A stretch of DNA of 60,145 bases, from IMG/VR virus record IMGVR_UViG_3300049893_003322; one strand, written 5' to 3'. The stretch's first letter is position 1. Each line of letters starts with the position of its first letter. The position numbers and the translations under genes are program-made. The notes under the pieces were generated by a model. That model made no database searches. It saw only the letters and a program-made list of their open reading frames with translations, and was not told where the DNA came from. This document shows positions 17,503 through 24,986 of the stretch, piece after piece. Origin of the DNA: a virus.

Positions 17503-18180
17503 CACGTGTCGCAGGTCTTCGATACGGTTCGACAGACGTGGCAGTAGTGTCACCACCACGGCGTGCACGGCCGGAACGCGTTCCCGAACATCACTCCACT
17601 CCGCCAACAAGGCTTTCGTCACTTTGTGTGCGGGGTTCTTCTGCAGAATTCGGTCCAGGGCGCTCCACATAGCCGGATCCCCGCCGCAACGACCAAACTC
17701 CCGGCAGAAGAACGGATGCTCGGTCTGGTACATACGAAAATAATCTTGTCGGGTGTCGGACAGACTGGCCCGTACGTTGGCCAGGCGGTCTGCCAACTTG
17801 ACGTTGAGTAGATACGGATAGGGTCGCAACGCTTCCCGCAGCTTCACATACGTCAGACGCTGGCGCTCGTGGCGGTTCGCTCCCGGCTCATCGGTCAGCG
17901 CCCACACGGCGTCGGCAATAGCCAATCCGAACTCCATCTCGACATCCTCGCGGGTTGTCGGGGTGTCCTCGAGCACGTCGTGCAAATGCGCGATAGTCAG
18001 CGGAATGGGCTGTGTATGTCGAAACTCGACCAGGACGTCCGACACTGCCTTCAGATGGACACTGAAATCGGCGCCCCCGTAGCTATGTCCCGCTCTCCGA
18101 TGTCGCTCGGCCGCCCACGTCAGCGATCGTTCCACCTCCGATCCATTCCACATACAGTCTCCCGGCAAACTGCGTCGCAC
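17488..18180 (-). CDS. HD-domain hydrolase, SpoT/RelA-type (putative (p)ppGpp hydrolase)
   Basis: The HLHDVLEDT motif corresponds to the SpoT/Mesh1 HD hydrolase motif (HDVVEDT). An upstream His is present. 230 aa. Confidence 0.6.
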   Translation of the reverse strand: MRRSLPGDCMWNGSEVERSLTWAAERHRRAGHSYGGADFSVHLKAVSDVLVEFRHTQPIPLTIAHLHDVLEDTPTTREDVEMEFGLAIADAVWALTDEPGANRHERQRLTYVKLREALRPYPYLLNVKLADRLANVRASLSDTRQDYFRMYQTEHPFFCREFGRCGGDPAMWSALDRILQKNPAHKVTKALLAEWSDVRERVPAVHAVVVTLLPRLSNRIEDLRHVVSKA

Positions 18181-18181
18181 A

Positions 18182-18255
18182 TACCCTCGGTAGGATTCGA
18201 ACCTACAAGAATTAGTTTAGGAAACTAACGTCGACTCCGCTTCGACCTCGAGGGC
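18182..18255 (-). tRNA. tRNA-Arg (anticodon CCU)
   Basis: Acceptor GCCCUCG/CGAGGGU. Anticodon loop UUCCUAA. T-loop UUCGAAU. Confidence 0.75.
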
Positions 18256-18325
18256 GGTTCTCTTCAGTCGTCGGCCTGCGCGGTATCCAAGGCTGAGCGA
18301 GGCTTTATCCTGCTCCGGTCTCGCA

Positions 18326-18700
18326 TCAGCATCGGCACCACCGACCCGTGTTGGGCATTACAGAAACCGCGCGATCGTCCCACAGTTCTTCCATCTCGTA
18401 GTCTTTCGTCGCCGTCACTGGTAAGACTTGGCCCAAATGGGCCTGGCACCAAACCTGAATCACAGGGACCTGGTCCGGATCCGAAGCGCGGGCTGTGAAA
18501 ATACGGACGTCGCGCCCCGCTGCCAACCAGCTCTTTACAAGTTCGAGAATCGGGCGAACGGGCGCGCCGATAGTATAGAGCGAATCTCCATGATTGCGCA
18601 CGGCAAGAGTTCCGTCAAGATCTACGCCTATCCAGCCCACGATGCCCTCCAAAGGAGTCGAACCTTCATTCTCGGGGTAGAAGCCCGATGTCTTGTCCAT
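18326..18700 (-). CDS. HAD-superfamily phosphatase-like protein
   Basis: Internal Met MDKTSG. The IGVDLDGTLAV motif is the DxDGT HAD motif I. Start trimmed to avoid tRNA-Val(UAC). Confidence 0.45.
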   Translation of the reverse strand: MDKTSGFYPENEGSTPLEGIVGWIGVDLDGTLAVRNHGDSLYTIGAPVRPILELVKSWLAAGRDVRIFTARASDPDQVPVIQVWCQAHLGQVLPVTATKDYEMEELWDDRAVSVMPNTGRWCRC

Positions 18701-18719
18701 TAGACGAAGAAGGCGCAAA

Positions 18720-18794
18720 TAGGCAACCAGGGAATCGAACCCTGCAATGACGCGGTGTGTAGGACCGCCGTTCGCACCAGCGAACCGGTCGCCT
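18720..18794 (-). tRNA. tRNA-Val (anticodon UAC)
   Basis: Acceptor AGGCGAC/GUUGCCU. Anticodon loop CCUACAC with C at position 33 instead of the usual U. T-loop UUCGAUU. Confidence 0.65.
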
Positions 18795-18880
18795 AGAGGA
18801 ACACGGGGCTCCTTCCATCGAAAGGACGCCACTCCCGATGACGGTCGGTTTCCAGAATCCGTCAACCTGCCGTGCTCCAA

Positions 18881-18952
18881 TGAAGTGACAAGGATTTGAA
18901 CCTTGGACCTGCTGCGTGTCGAGCAGCTGCTCTGCCGCTGAGCTATCACTTC
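18881..18952 (-). tRNA. tRNA-Val (anticodon GAC)
   Basis: Acceptor GAAGUGA/UCACUUC. Anticodon loop UCGACAC. T-loop UUCAAAU. Confidence 0.7.
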
Positions 18953-18967
18953 GTATTCCTGCATGAG

Positions 18968-19040
18968 AGCCGCCCGTCGGAATCGAACCGACAACGGCCG
19001 GTTTACAAAACCGGGGCTCTGCCTGTTGAGCTAGAGCGGC
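18968..19040 (-). tRNA. tRNA-Thr (anticodon UGU)
   Basis: Acceptor GCCGCUC/GGGCGGC. Anticodon loop UUUGUAA. T-loop UUCGAUU. Confidence 0.75.
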
Positions 19041-19424
19041 CTAGTCCGAAAGCACCACCCGACGTCGGGACAAGGACTGGGGCTCTTTCGCAACGCAACC
19101 AGCCACGCGAACGAGTGCTGCGTCCGCCGAGTCGAGGAGTGCGAAGACCGGCTTCGTTACTAAATCATCCACAGGGCACGCGTCATGATATACGGCAACA
19201 ACTTGCCCGAGTCGAAGTCTCTCCGGTCTGCCAGGGGGCTGTAGCGGACACAAAGCCCAGTCGTCGACGCAAATCTGGAGCGAGGGGGGCGCGTGGTACA
19301 ACAGCACCTTGGGCACGTCTACAATACGTACCTCACACCAAGTGGGCCTCGCCTCCTCTTCCTCCTCTTTCTCCCACTCCCACTCGTCGAGCCAGTCGAA
19401 GTTGTCCGTGTAAAGCACAGTCAT
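19041..19424 (-). CDS. hypothetical acidic protein
   Basis: 127-aa ORF with a Trp/Glu-rich N-terminus (DEWEWEKEEEEE). Confidence 0.4.
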   Translation of the reverse strand: MTVLYTDNFDWLDEWEWEKEEEEEARPTWCEVRIVDVPKVLLYHAPPSLQICVDDWALCPLQPPGRPERLRLGQVVAVYHDACPVDDLVTKPVFALLDSADAALVRVAGCVAKEPQSLSRRRVVLSD

Positions 19425-19429
19425 TGTTC

Positions 19430-19512
19430 ATGCCCCTGAAGCGAATCGAACGCTTACGCTTTGTCAGCGGCGGTTTTTGAGACCGCTGGGTCTACCGGTT
19501 CCCCCACAAGGG
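19430..19512 (-). tRNA. tRNA-Leu (anticodon CAA), class II
   Basis: 83 nt. Acceptor GCCCUUG/CAGGGGC with A73. Anticodon loop CUCAAAA. Long variable arm CGCUGACAAAGCG. T-loop UUCGAUU. Confidence 0.75.
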
Positions 19513-19567
19513 CGCAACTTATCTACGATGTTGCGGTTTGTCCACATCGGACGAGTGGTTGCCATTT

Positions 19568-19639
19568 ATTGCAGGGGACGGAGTCGAACCGTCAACCTCC
19601 TGGGCATGAACCAGGCACGCTACCGTTGCGCCACCCTGC
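19568..19639 (-). tRNA. initiator tRNA-fMet (anticodon CAU)
   Basis: C1:A72 mismatch (CGCAGGG/CCCUGCA), the bacterial initiator hallmark. Anticodon stem has three G-C pairs and loop UUCAUGC. Confidence 0.7.
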
Positions 19640-19818
19640 GATAGTGCCGGTCTATTCCCGACTGTCAATACCCTGCGCCCGCTCCAGTGGAAAGCGTTCA
19701 CTGATCGGGCTTTCCGTGTCGAATCGGTACGACATGCTCGAAAAGTCTACCTCGCAAGGCCAAGGAGAGTGTGAGGTAGCCAATCCTAGTTGGGCTTCTG
19801 CGGCACACCTGGCACATC

Positions 19819-19878
19819 TCTGCATATTCGGAATACCCTCGAAGAGACTCTGCATATTCGTAATACCCCCGGAGAGAT
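19819..19878. repeat. 30-bp imperfect tandem duplication spanning the tRNA-Arg(UCG) 3' end
   Basis: TCTGCATATTCGGAATACCCTCGAAGAGAC is followed directly by TCTGCATATTCGTAATACCCCCGGAGAGAT. The second copy contains the acceptor-T-arm junction of the tRNA. Confidence 0.6.
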
Positions 19879-19937
19879 TCGAACTCCCGACGCCCAGGTT
19901 CGAAGCCTGGCGCTCTGTCCACTGAGCTACGGAGGCA
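19864..19937 (-). tRNA. tRNA-Arg (anticodon UCG)
   Basis: Acceptor GCCUCCG/CGGGGGU. Anticodon loop CUUCGAA. T-loop UUCGAAU. Confidence 0.7.
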
Positions 19938-20387
19938 CTATCTGATACCGCAATCGAAAAATACTGGCGCGCGTCCTCTTCGAAATCCTACGTTCTGCCA
20001 GTGGATATCGATCAGATCGAGTCCGAGACACCGCGCCAATGTCTCGATAGCTCTACGGTTCTTTCTGTATCGACACCAGTTCGGAGGACATCGCTCTTGC
20101 ACACAGACCTTGGCAGTTATCCTGCGAATCTTCGGAAAATAGCGTCGATGTCGCGTTCGGCGTTTTTCTGCAATAAACCTCGCGTCGTTATGGTGGTACG
20201 GAGTGGAGTGGCGGCAAATCTTGATACAATATCGCCGGCCGACAAGCACGCTCTTGTAGGCGCCGCCGGTTAGCGACAGAACTGGAAACCCAGCAGCGCG
20301 AGCTGTGGTTACAAGAACGTCGTCCTCTCCGTTCGCAATCTTGGCAATAGCTCGAGCCGCACGCAGTACGTGATTTGGAATTCGCAT
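19938..20387 (-). CDS. hypothetical protein with protein-kinase-like catalytic motifs
   Basis: LIDIHWQNVGF resembles the kinase catalytic loop (DxHxxN). VFFDCG resembles a DFG-like motif. 149 aa, tentative. Confidence 0.35.
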   Translation of the reverse strand: MRIPNHVLRAARAIAKIANGEDDVLVTTARAAGFPVLSLTGGAYKSVLVGRRYCIKICRHSTPYHHNDARFIAEKRRTRHRRYFPKIRRITAKVCVQERCPPNWCRYRKNRRAIETLARCLGLDLIDIHWQNVGFRRGRAPVFFDCGIR

Positions 20388-20425
20388 GTCGAAAAGACGA
20401 TTCGACAGCGAAAAACGTCACACAA

Positions 20426-20499
20426 TACCCTTCGTAGGATTCGAACCTACAACCTCTTGATTCGTAGTCAAGCGCTCTGTCCAGTTGAGCTAGAAAGGT
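20426..20499 (-). tRNA. tRNA-Arg (anticodon ACG)
   Basis: Acceptor ACCUUUC/GAAGGGU. Anticodon loop CUACGAA. T-loop UUCGAAU. Confidence 0.75.
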
Positions 20500-20746
20500 G
20501 GTTCACGATGTGGAACAATTCTCGTGGCGTCAGCGGAGGCGGCTCGTTGTATTTGCGATACACCGCGATATGTGCTAGCCACGCTTGAGCGCAAGCTTCT
20601 TCGTCATAGTCCACTCGGCGTTGCCTGCACTCGTACGCACTCAGGCGGTTATACGCCTTCCACGAGGCACCCTGCTCTCGAATGAAAGCTTTCGACAACT
20701 CTGCCTGTTCCGCTTTGGTGAGCCGCGTTGCTTTTTTCTTTGACAT
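20468..20746 (-). CDS. small hypothetical protein
   Basis: Lys-rich N-terminus MSKKKATRLTKAEQ. The C-terminus overlaps tRNA-Arg(ACG), so it may be truncated or not real. Confidence 0.3.
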   Translation of the reverse strand: MSKKKATRLTKAEQAELSKAFIREQGASWKAYNRLSAYECRQRRVDYDEEACAQAWLAHIAVYRKYNEPPPLTPRELFHIVNHLSSSTGQSA

Positions 20747-20754
20747 TGCACAAG

Positions 20755-20839
20755 TCCGCAGGGAAGGATTCGAACCTTCGAAGCCCGAGGGCGTCCGCTT
20801 TACAGGCGGCAGCGTTTAACCACTTCGCGTTACCTACGG
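20755..20839 (-). tRNA. tRNA-Tyr (anticodon GUA), class II
   Basis: 85 nt. Acceptor CCGUAGG/CCUGCGG. Anticodon loop CUGUAAA. Long variable arm. T-loop UUCGAAU. Confidence 0.65.
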
Positions 20840-21042
20840 AAAATATCTCTGGATGCCCGCCGCAACTCTCGGTTCCTGCACTCGCGGAAGGCCTGTCTAC
20901 GACCTTTTGCGTACGCGTCACACATCCAGGTTATTACAAACTCCTTCTCAAACAGCTCCCAGCCCGGGCAGGCGACTGTCAGAAGCTCGGCGAAGCGTTC
21001 CCGTACTTCTTTCTCCGACGTCCGCTTGCTGCGCTTTAGCAT
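20830..21042 (-). CDS. small hypothetical protein
   Basis: 70-aa ORF with basic residues. Lies between tRNA-Tyr and tRNA-Ala. Confidence 0.3.
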   Translation of the reverse strand: MLKRSKRTSEKEVRERFAELLTVACPGWELFEKEFVITWMCDAYAKGRRQAFRECRNRELRRASRDIFRR

Positions 21043-21062
21043 GCTGCTCCTTGTTGTCTAAG

Positions 21063-21135
21063 TGGAGTCGGCGGGGCTCGAACCCGCGACCTGCGCGCTG
21101 CCGGCGCGCTGCTCTCCCAACTGAGCTACAACCCC
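21063..21135 (-). tRNA. tRNA-Ala (anticodon GGC)
   Basis: Acceptor GGGGUUG/CGACUCC with G3:U70. Anticodon loop CCGGCAG. T-loop UUCGAGC. Confidence 0.75.
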
Positions 21136-21138
21136 GAA

Positions 21139-21212
21139 TGGAGACGGCGGGATTCGAACCCACACCCTGCTGAGTGCAAATCAGCTGCGCTACCCAATTG
21201 CGCTACATCCCC
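21139..21212 (-). tRNA. tRNA-Ala (anticodon UGC)
   Basis: Acceptor GGGGAUG/CGUCUCC with G3:U70. Anticodon loop UUUGCAC. T-loop UUCGAAU. Confidence 0.75.
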
Positions 21213-21214
21213 AG

Positions 21215-21286
21215 TGGACCGAGCGGGAGTCGAACCCGCAACCTTCCCGTCGCGAACGGGGTGCTCTCCCATTGAGCTACCAGCCC
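21215..21286 (-). tRNA. tRNA-Ala (anticodon CGC)
   Basis: Acceptor GGGCUGG/UCGGUCC with G3:U70 plus two further wobble pairs. Anticodon loop UUCGCGA. T-loop UUCGACU. Confidence 0.65.
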
Positions 21287-21291
21287 CACAA

Positions 21292-21364
21292 AGCGTCTGC
21301 GGAGAATCGAACTCCGGGCCTCCGCGTTGGCGACGCGGCGTTCAGCCTACCGAACTCCAGACGC
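21292..21364 (-). tRNA. tRNA-Gly (anticodon GCC)
   Basis: Acceptor GCGUCUG/CAGACGC. Anticodon loop UCGCCAA. T-loop UUCGAUU. Confidence 0.7.
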
Positions 21365-21676
21365 ACAACTGGCGTGGCGGGTAACAACGCTATTAGGGTC
21401 AAGCCCTGCCCGGCGTTGTCCACCGCGCCACCCCAGGTTCCGAGAAGGCGTCCCAGGTTCTCTATACCCTTCCCTGTTGAGCGCGCCACGACGATCTTTC
21501 GACCGCTGGTACGCAGGCCACTCGGCTTCGCTCGCGAATCCTGTTCGTCTCCGAACTACCGAAACTCGCGATTCGCTTCTCGGGAGTTTCACCCGTCTCA
21601 GCCGGAAGCGCGGCTGCGATGTTCATTTGTTGCCCGTCTGCGAGACCTGGGTCTAGACGGCGCGCCAACAACGAGG

Positions 21677-21820
<144 letters not shown>

Positions 21821-21840
21821 TCGCGAACTTCCACTTACCA

Positions 21841-21925
21841 AGGCGAGAGTGAGATTCGAACTCACGGATGCCTGCGCACCGACGGTTTTCGAGACCGCTG
21901 CCTTAATCCACTCAGCCATCTCGCC
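21841..21925 (-). tRNA. tRNA-Ser (anticodon CGA), class II
   Basis: Acceptor GGCGAGA/UCUCGCC. Anticodon loop CUCGAAA. Long variable arm. T-loop UUCGAAU. Confidence 0.7.
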
Positions 21926-21928
21926 CTA

Positions 21929-22014
21929 CGGCAAGGGAGCGATTCGAACGCTCGGGTGTCCCAGACACCGACTGCTTTCCAAGCAGCTGCCTTAAGCCTC
22001 TCAGCCACCTTGCC
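21929..22014 (-). tRNA. tRNA-Ser (anticodon GGA), class II
   Basis: Acceptor GGCAAGG/CCUUGCC. Anticodon loop UUGGAAA. Long variable arm. T-loop UUCGAAU. Confidence 0.7.
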
Positions 22015-22035
22015 AATTTGTGCAACGTAACCCCA

Positions 22036-22116
22036 TGCGCTGCGCAGGAGTCGAACCTGCACCCTTTTCAGGACCATCATCTCAGAATGGTGTGTCTGCC
22101 GTTTCACCAGCAGCGC
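22036..22116 (-). tRNA. tRNA-Ser (anticodon UGA), class II
   Basis: Acceptor GCGCUGC/GCAGCGC. Anticodon loop UCUGAGA. Variable arm. T-loop UUCGACU. Confidence 0.65.
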
Positions 22117-22510
22117 GATTAACGCCCCACGTATCCGTTTGTTGATGACAGTTCGGGCACAGCAATTCCAGGTTGCTCCGCCGATTGTCCCGACGATCGC
22201 CGTTTCTATGGTGCAGATGTAGCTTGAGAGGTTTTCCGTTCCAGCTGTGCAGCGAGCACGTGTGGCACCTGTAGGAGAATCCCTCAGCGAGCAGCAGGGC
22301 GAGAAGGTTCCAGGATTTAACCCGCGAACCCTTTCGGAAGGGATCTGCACCCCGCCGTATCGTGTCAAACGCAATGCGGTAGTACACGAGCTGGGCTCGC
22401 AATTCGTGAACGAACCGCCCGTGGTGCGCTCGTCCAAAATGCTCCGCGATCTCTCGCAGCGACCGACACCGCGTGGTGGCCTCCACCAACTCGTCGCGCG
22501 TATATCTCAT
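22082..22510 (-). CDS. HNH homing-type endonuclease
   Basis: HLHHRNGDRRDNRRSNLELLCPNCH is a canonical HNH motif. ATG at 22508-22510 sits just 3' of tRNA-Thr(GGU). The ORF-track TTG start at 22564 would lie inside that tRNA. The 3' end overlaps tRNA-Ser(UGA). Confidence 0.65.
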   Translation of the reverse strand: MRYTRDELVEATTRCRSLREIAEHFGRAHHGRFVHELRAQLVYYRIAFDTIRRGADPFRKGSRVKSWNLLALLLAEGFSYRCHTCSLHSWNGKPLKLHLHHRNGDRRDNRRSNLELLCPNCHQQTDTWGVNRAAGETADTPF

Positions 22511-22522
22511 ATATATCACGAG

Positions 22523-22595
22523 AGCCCTCCGCGCGATTCGAACGCGCCACCCCCACCTTACCAAGGTGGTACTCTGCCTGCTGAGCTAGAAGGGC
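22523..22595 (-). tRNA. tRNA-Thr (anticodon GGU)
   Basis: Acceptor GCCCUUC/GGAGGGC. Anticodon loop UUGGUAA. T-loop UUCGAAU. Confidence 0.75.
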
Positions 22596-22681
22596 GTGAC
22601 TCGAGACCGGGCCGGACAATACGCCGGTCTCCGGCTCGACAGCGCCCGTAGATACAGGACGCTTCAGATGCCGCAACGTCA

Positions 22682-22755
22682 CGAGTCGGGTAGGATTCGA
22701 ACCTACAACAGACCAGTTTTGGAGACTGGTGTCCTACCAGATGGACGTCCGACTC
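22682..22755 (-). tRNA. tRNA-Trp (anticodon CCA)
   Basis: Acceptor GAGUCGG/CCGACUC with G73. Anticodon loop CUCCAAA. T-loop UUCGAAU. Confidence 0.75.
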
Positions 22756-22758
22756 AAA

Positions 22759-22831
22759 TACGCCCTCAGAGATTTGAACTCCGAACCTTCCGTGTATCAG
22801 ACGGATGCTCTTCCAGTTGAGCTAAAGGCGC
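22759..22831 (-). tRNA. tRNA-Ile (anticodon GAU)
   Basis: Acceptor GCGCCUU/AGGGCGU. Anticodon loop CUGAUAC. T-loop UUCAAAU. Confidence 0.7.
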
Positions 22832-22832
22832 A

Positions 22833-22905
22833 TACGCCACCAGAGACTTGAACTCTGAACCGGTCGTGTATAAGACGACTGCTCTGACCATTGAGCTAGC
22901 GGCGC
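22833..22905 (-). tRNA. tRNA-Ile (anticodon UAU)
   Basis: Acceptor GCGCCGC/GUGGCGU. Anticodon loop CUUAUAC. T-loop UUCAAGU. Separated from the previous tRNA by 1 nt. Confidence 0.65.
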
Positions 22906-22946
22906 ATTTCCAATTTCTCCCAGTACTTCAATTCTCAAACAACGCA

Positions 22947-23019
22947 TCAGGTGGTGGAGACTCGAACTCCATTCCCCGGAGCCACAATCCAGTGCTCTAT
23001 CCCGTTGAGCTACCACCTA
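22947..23019 (-). tRNA. tRNA-His (anticodon GUG)
   Basis: Acceptor UAGGUGG/CCACCUG. Anticodon loop UUGUGGC. T-loop UUCGAGU. The usual 5' G-1 is not evident. Confidence 0.65.
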
Positions 23020-23020
23020 G

Positions 23021-23094
23021 TACTCCGGGCGAGAGTCGAACTCGCAGACACCTGATCCTAAGTCAGACGGCTTTGCCAGTTTGCCTACCGGAGT
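23021..23094 (-). tRNA. class-I-shaped tRNA with Leu anticodon UAG (isotype uncertain)
   Basis: Acceptor ACUCCGG/CCGGAGU with A73. Leu-like 3-bp D-stem with an 11-nt D-loop (AAACUGGCAAA). Anticodon loop CUUAGGA. Only a 5-nt variable loop. T-loop UUCGACU. Confidence 0.55.
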
Positions 23095-23097
23095 GCA

Positions 23098-23172
23098 TGT
23101 CCGGAGTGGGAGTCGAACCCACAAGCAGTTGAGTCTGAGTCAACTAGGTTTGCCAGTTTCCTTCACCCGGAC
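23098..23172 (-). tRNA. class-I-shaped tRNA with Leu anticodon CAG (isotype uncertain)
   Basis: Acceptor GUCCGGG/UCCGGAC with A73. D-loop AAACUGGCAAA. Anticodon loop CUCAGAC. Short variable loop. T-loop UUCGACU. Confidence 0.55.
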
Positions 23173-23175
23173 GGA

Positions 23176-23250
23176 TGCCGAAGGTCGGCCTCGAACCGAC
23201 AAACCCCAGATTTTAAGTCTGGGAGGTCTTCCAGTTCCCTTCACTTCGGC
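23176..23250 (-). tRNA. class-I-shaped tRNA with Leu anticodon UAA (isotype uncertain)
   Basis: Acceptor GCCGAAG/CUUCGGC with A73. D-loop GAACUGGAAGA. Anticodon loop CUUAAAA. Short variable loop. T-loop UUCGAGG. Confidence 0.55.
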
Positions 23251-23253
23251 AAA

Positions 23254-23328
23254 CGGGACTAACCGGACTCGAACCGGTAACCTTCCGCGTGACAGGCGGG
23301 CGCTCTGGGCCAGTTGAGCTATAATCCC
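23254..23328 (-). tRNA. tRNA-Asp (anticodon GUC)
   Basis: Acceptor GGGAUUA/UAGUCCC with G73. Anticodon loop CUGUCAC. T-loop UUCGAGU. Confidence 0.75.
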
Positions 23329-23431
23329 AACGCAATCCGAGGCCGCAGCCGCAGAGCGGGATGCTCTGCACCGTCGTACTTCGGTTTCCACACTTCATAC
23401 ACACCAGCAACATAAGCCACTCCCGTCGAAG

Positions 23432-23505
23432 CGCCTTCCCAAGGAATCGAACCTTGCTACGGCGAGTTAACAGCTCGCTGCACTAGCCCAGAGTGCGAGG
23501 AAGGC
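23432..23505 (-). tRNA. tRNA-Asn (anticodon GUU)
   Basis: Acceptor GCCUUCC/GGAAGGC with G73. Anticodon loop CUGUUAA. T-loop UUCGAUU. Confidence 0.75.
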
Positions 23506-23508
23506 AAT

Positions 23509-23578
23509 AGGGGTACAGGGAGTCGAACCCTGGTTCTCCGGGTGAAAACCGGTGCTCCTGACCGCTGGAGGATACCCC
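23509..23578 (-). tRNA. tRNA-Glu (anticodon UUC)
   Basis: Acceptor GGGGUAU/GUACCCC. Anticodon loop UUUUCAC. T-loop UUCGACU. Short D-arm, about 70 nt overall. Confidence 0.6.
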
Positions 23579-23582
23579 CAAA

Positions 23583-23655
23583 TAGCGCCAGCGGGAATCG
23601 AACCCAGCGTTGCCCGAGTGAGAGTCGGACTGCCTGACCACTAGCAGATGGCGCC
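23583..23655 (-). tRNA. tRNA-Glu (anticodon CUC)
   Basis: Acceptor GGCGCCA/UGGCGCU. Anticodon loop CUCUCAC. T-loop UUCGAUU. Confidence 0.65.
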
Positions 23656-23662
23656 ATGGTGA

Positions 23663-23736
23663 TGCCTAGGGCTGGAATCGAACCAGCTACGTCGCAGTTC
23701 TTCAGACTGCCGCTCTACCAGTGAGCTACACAAGGC
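23663..23736 (-). tRNA. tRNA-Phe (anticodon GAA)
   Basis: Anticodon stem-loop GCAGU-CUGAAGA-ACUGC. T-loop UUCGAUU. Acceptor GCCUUGU/CCUAGGC has two mismatches, so the boundaries are uncertain. Confidence 0.55.
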
Positions 23737-23747
23737 GTGTCCAACAG

Positions 23748-23820
23748 TACCCCCGGCAGGAATCGAACCTGCAACTTTCCGCTTAAAAGGCGGTTACTCT
23801 GCCTGTTGAGTTACGGAGGT
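23748..23820 (-). tRNA. tRNA-Lys (anticodon UUU)
   Basis: Acceptor ACCUCCG/CGGGGGU. Anticodon loop CUUUUAA. T-loop UUCGAUU. Confidence 0.75.
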
Positions 23821-24184
23821 ATTTCCTGGGCGCTGGCCGGGCGGGGATCTTCCCCCCTACAGTGTCTCGCACACCCGGCCCCAGGTCCCGCTGACGACTC
23901 CAGGCTTGCGCCCTTGTAGGCGTGGATAGACGCCTCGTTCGTCTCGTCAGTAACGTCAATCAACCAGCACAACACGCGGGCTTGCTGCATACTTCGCTTC
24001 GTACGTGTCCCGCAGCTGTCGGTAGTGATCCCCGCGCAATCGCCAACGCCTCCCAGGACGTGAGTTCTAGTCTTCGCGTACCCGAGAACTCCCGTTTTCT
24101 TGGTTGGGACGCCTTGCTAAAGGGCTCCCCCACCGCAACGCCCACGACCCGACTGGACCGGGTGCTAGGGCTGCTAATGTTGCA

Positions 24185-24257
24185 TGCCGACTGCAGGAAT
24201 CGAACCTGCCATCTTCCGGGTAAGAACCGGATCCTTCGCCGTTGGTGGGAAGTCGGC
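24185..24257 (-). tRNA. tRNA-Lys (anticodon CUU)
   Basis: Acceptor GCCGACU/AGUCGGC. Anticodon stem-loop UCCGG-UUCUUAC-CCGGA. T-loop UUCGAUU. The D-arm is atypical. Confidence 0.55.
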
Positions 24258-24986
24258 GCAAAAAGAACCGCTCAGCTCTCGAAGGGGCCGAGGGCTGAGC
24301 GGTGAAACCTGGACAAAAGAGTCCGCACCTCTCTTTACCAGGCACCTCCAGCCACCATACGCTCAAACCCCCAAATCGTATTCGTCGGATGCTGCCCGAC
24401 AGATACGAGAGAACTTTGTATACCTTGCAAGGTATACAGAGTTGTCAACGGGGCGATTGCTAGTGATTTCATGGTACGCTGAACGGTCGGGTTCCTACTC
24501 AAGTAAGTTGCACGAAGCCTTTCGAAATCGCAACCAGAAACCTGGACGTGACGGCGGGGCTCAACCCCACGGCAGTTGGACAAGTCGCATTATTCGGACC
24601 ACGTCGCTCAAGGATTAGCTAGATCCTCTCAACACGACGGCGGGATTTTACCCGCACCCAAGACGTCTTCTACAATAATGAGCTACCGTCCTGGTCGCGC
24701 TTCGCAGGTGCGGTCTAGGCTGCAACCACACGCGCGTCCCTCGTTCCTTATGCTCCCTGGCCACTCTGTACCACTACAGCCTTTGTCGTGTACCTTGCGC
24801 CGAAGAACGCGCTGTCTCGGTCACGCCACTCCAAGTTGCTCTAACATAGGGCCAACACTGCTTCTCGTCAAGAGGACGCGGATCCCTCCGGAAAAGTCAC
24901 AAACCCAGGCGGCGCGCCGGCGCCCAAAAGTGATTGTTCCGCCCCGGAGCGCGTTCTAAGTGCCCAGTTTACAACAACTTGCGCGG

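Noticed and set aside
24258-24986. Possible RNase P RNA or other large structured RNA downstream of the tRNA island.
   Set aside because: The conserved P4 and P-loop sequences (GGAAAGUCCGGGCUCC, ACAGAACCCGGCUUA) were searched by eye and not found. Only vague GC-rich helices are present, so it is left as an unexplained gap rather than a call.
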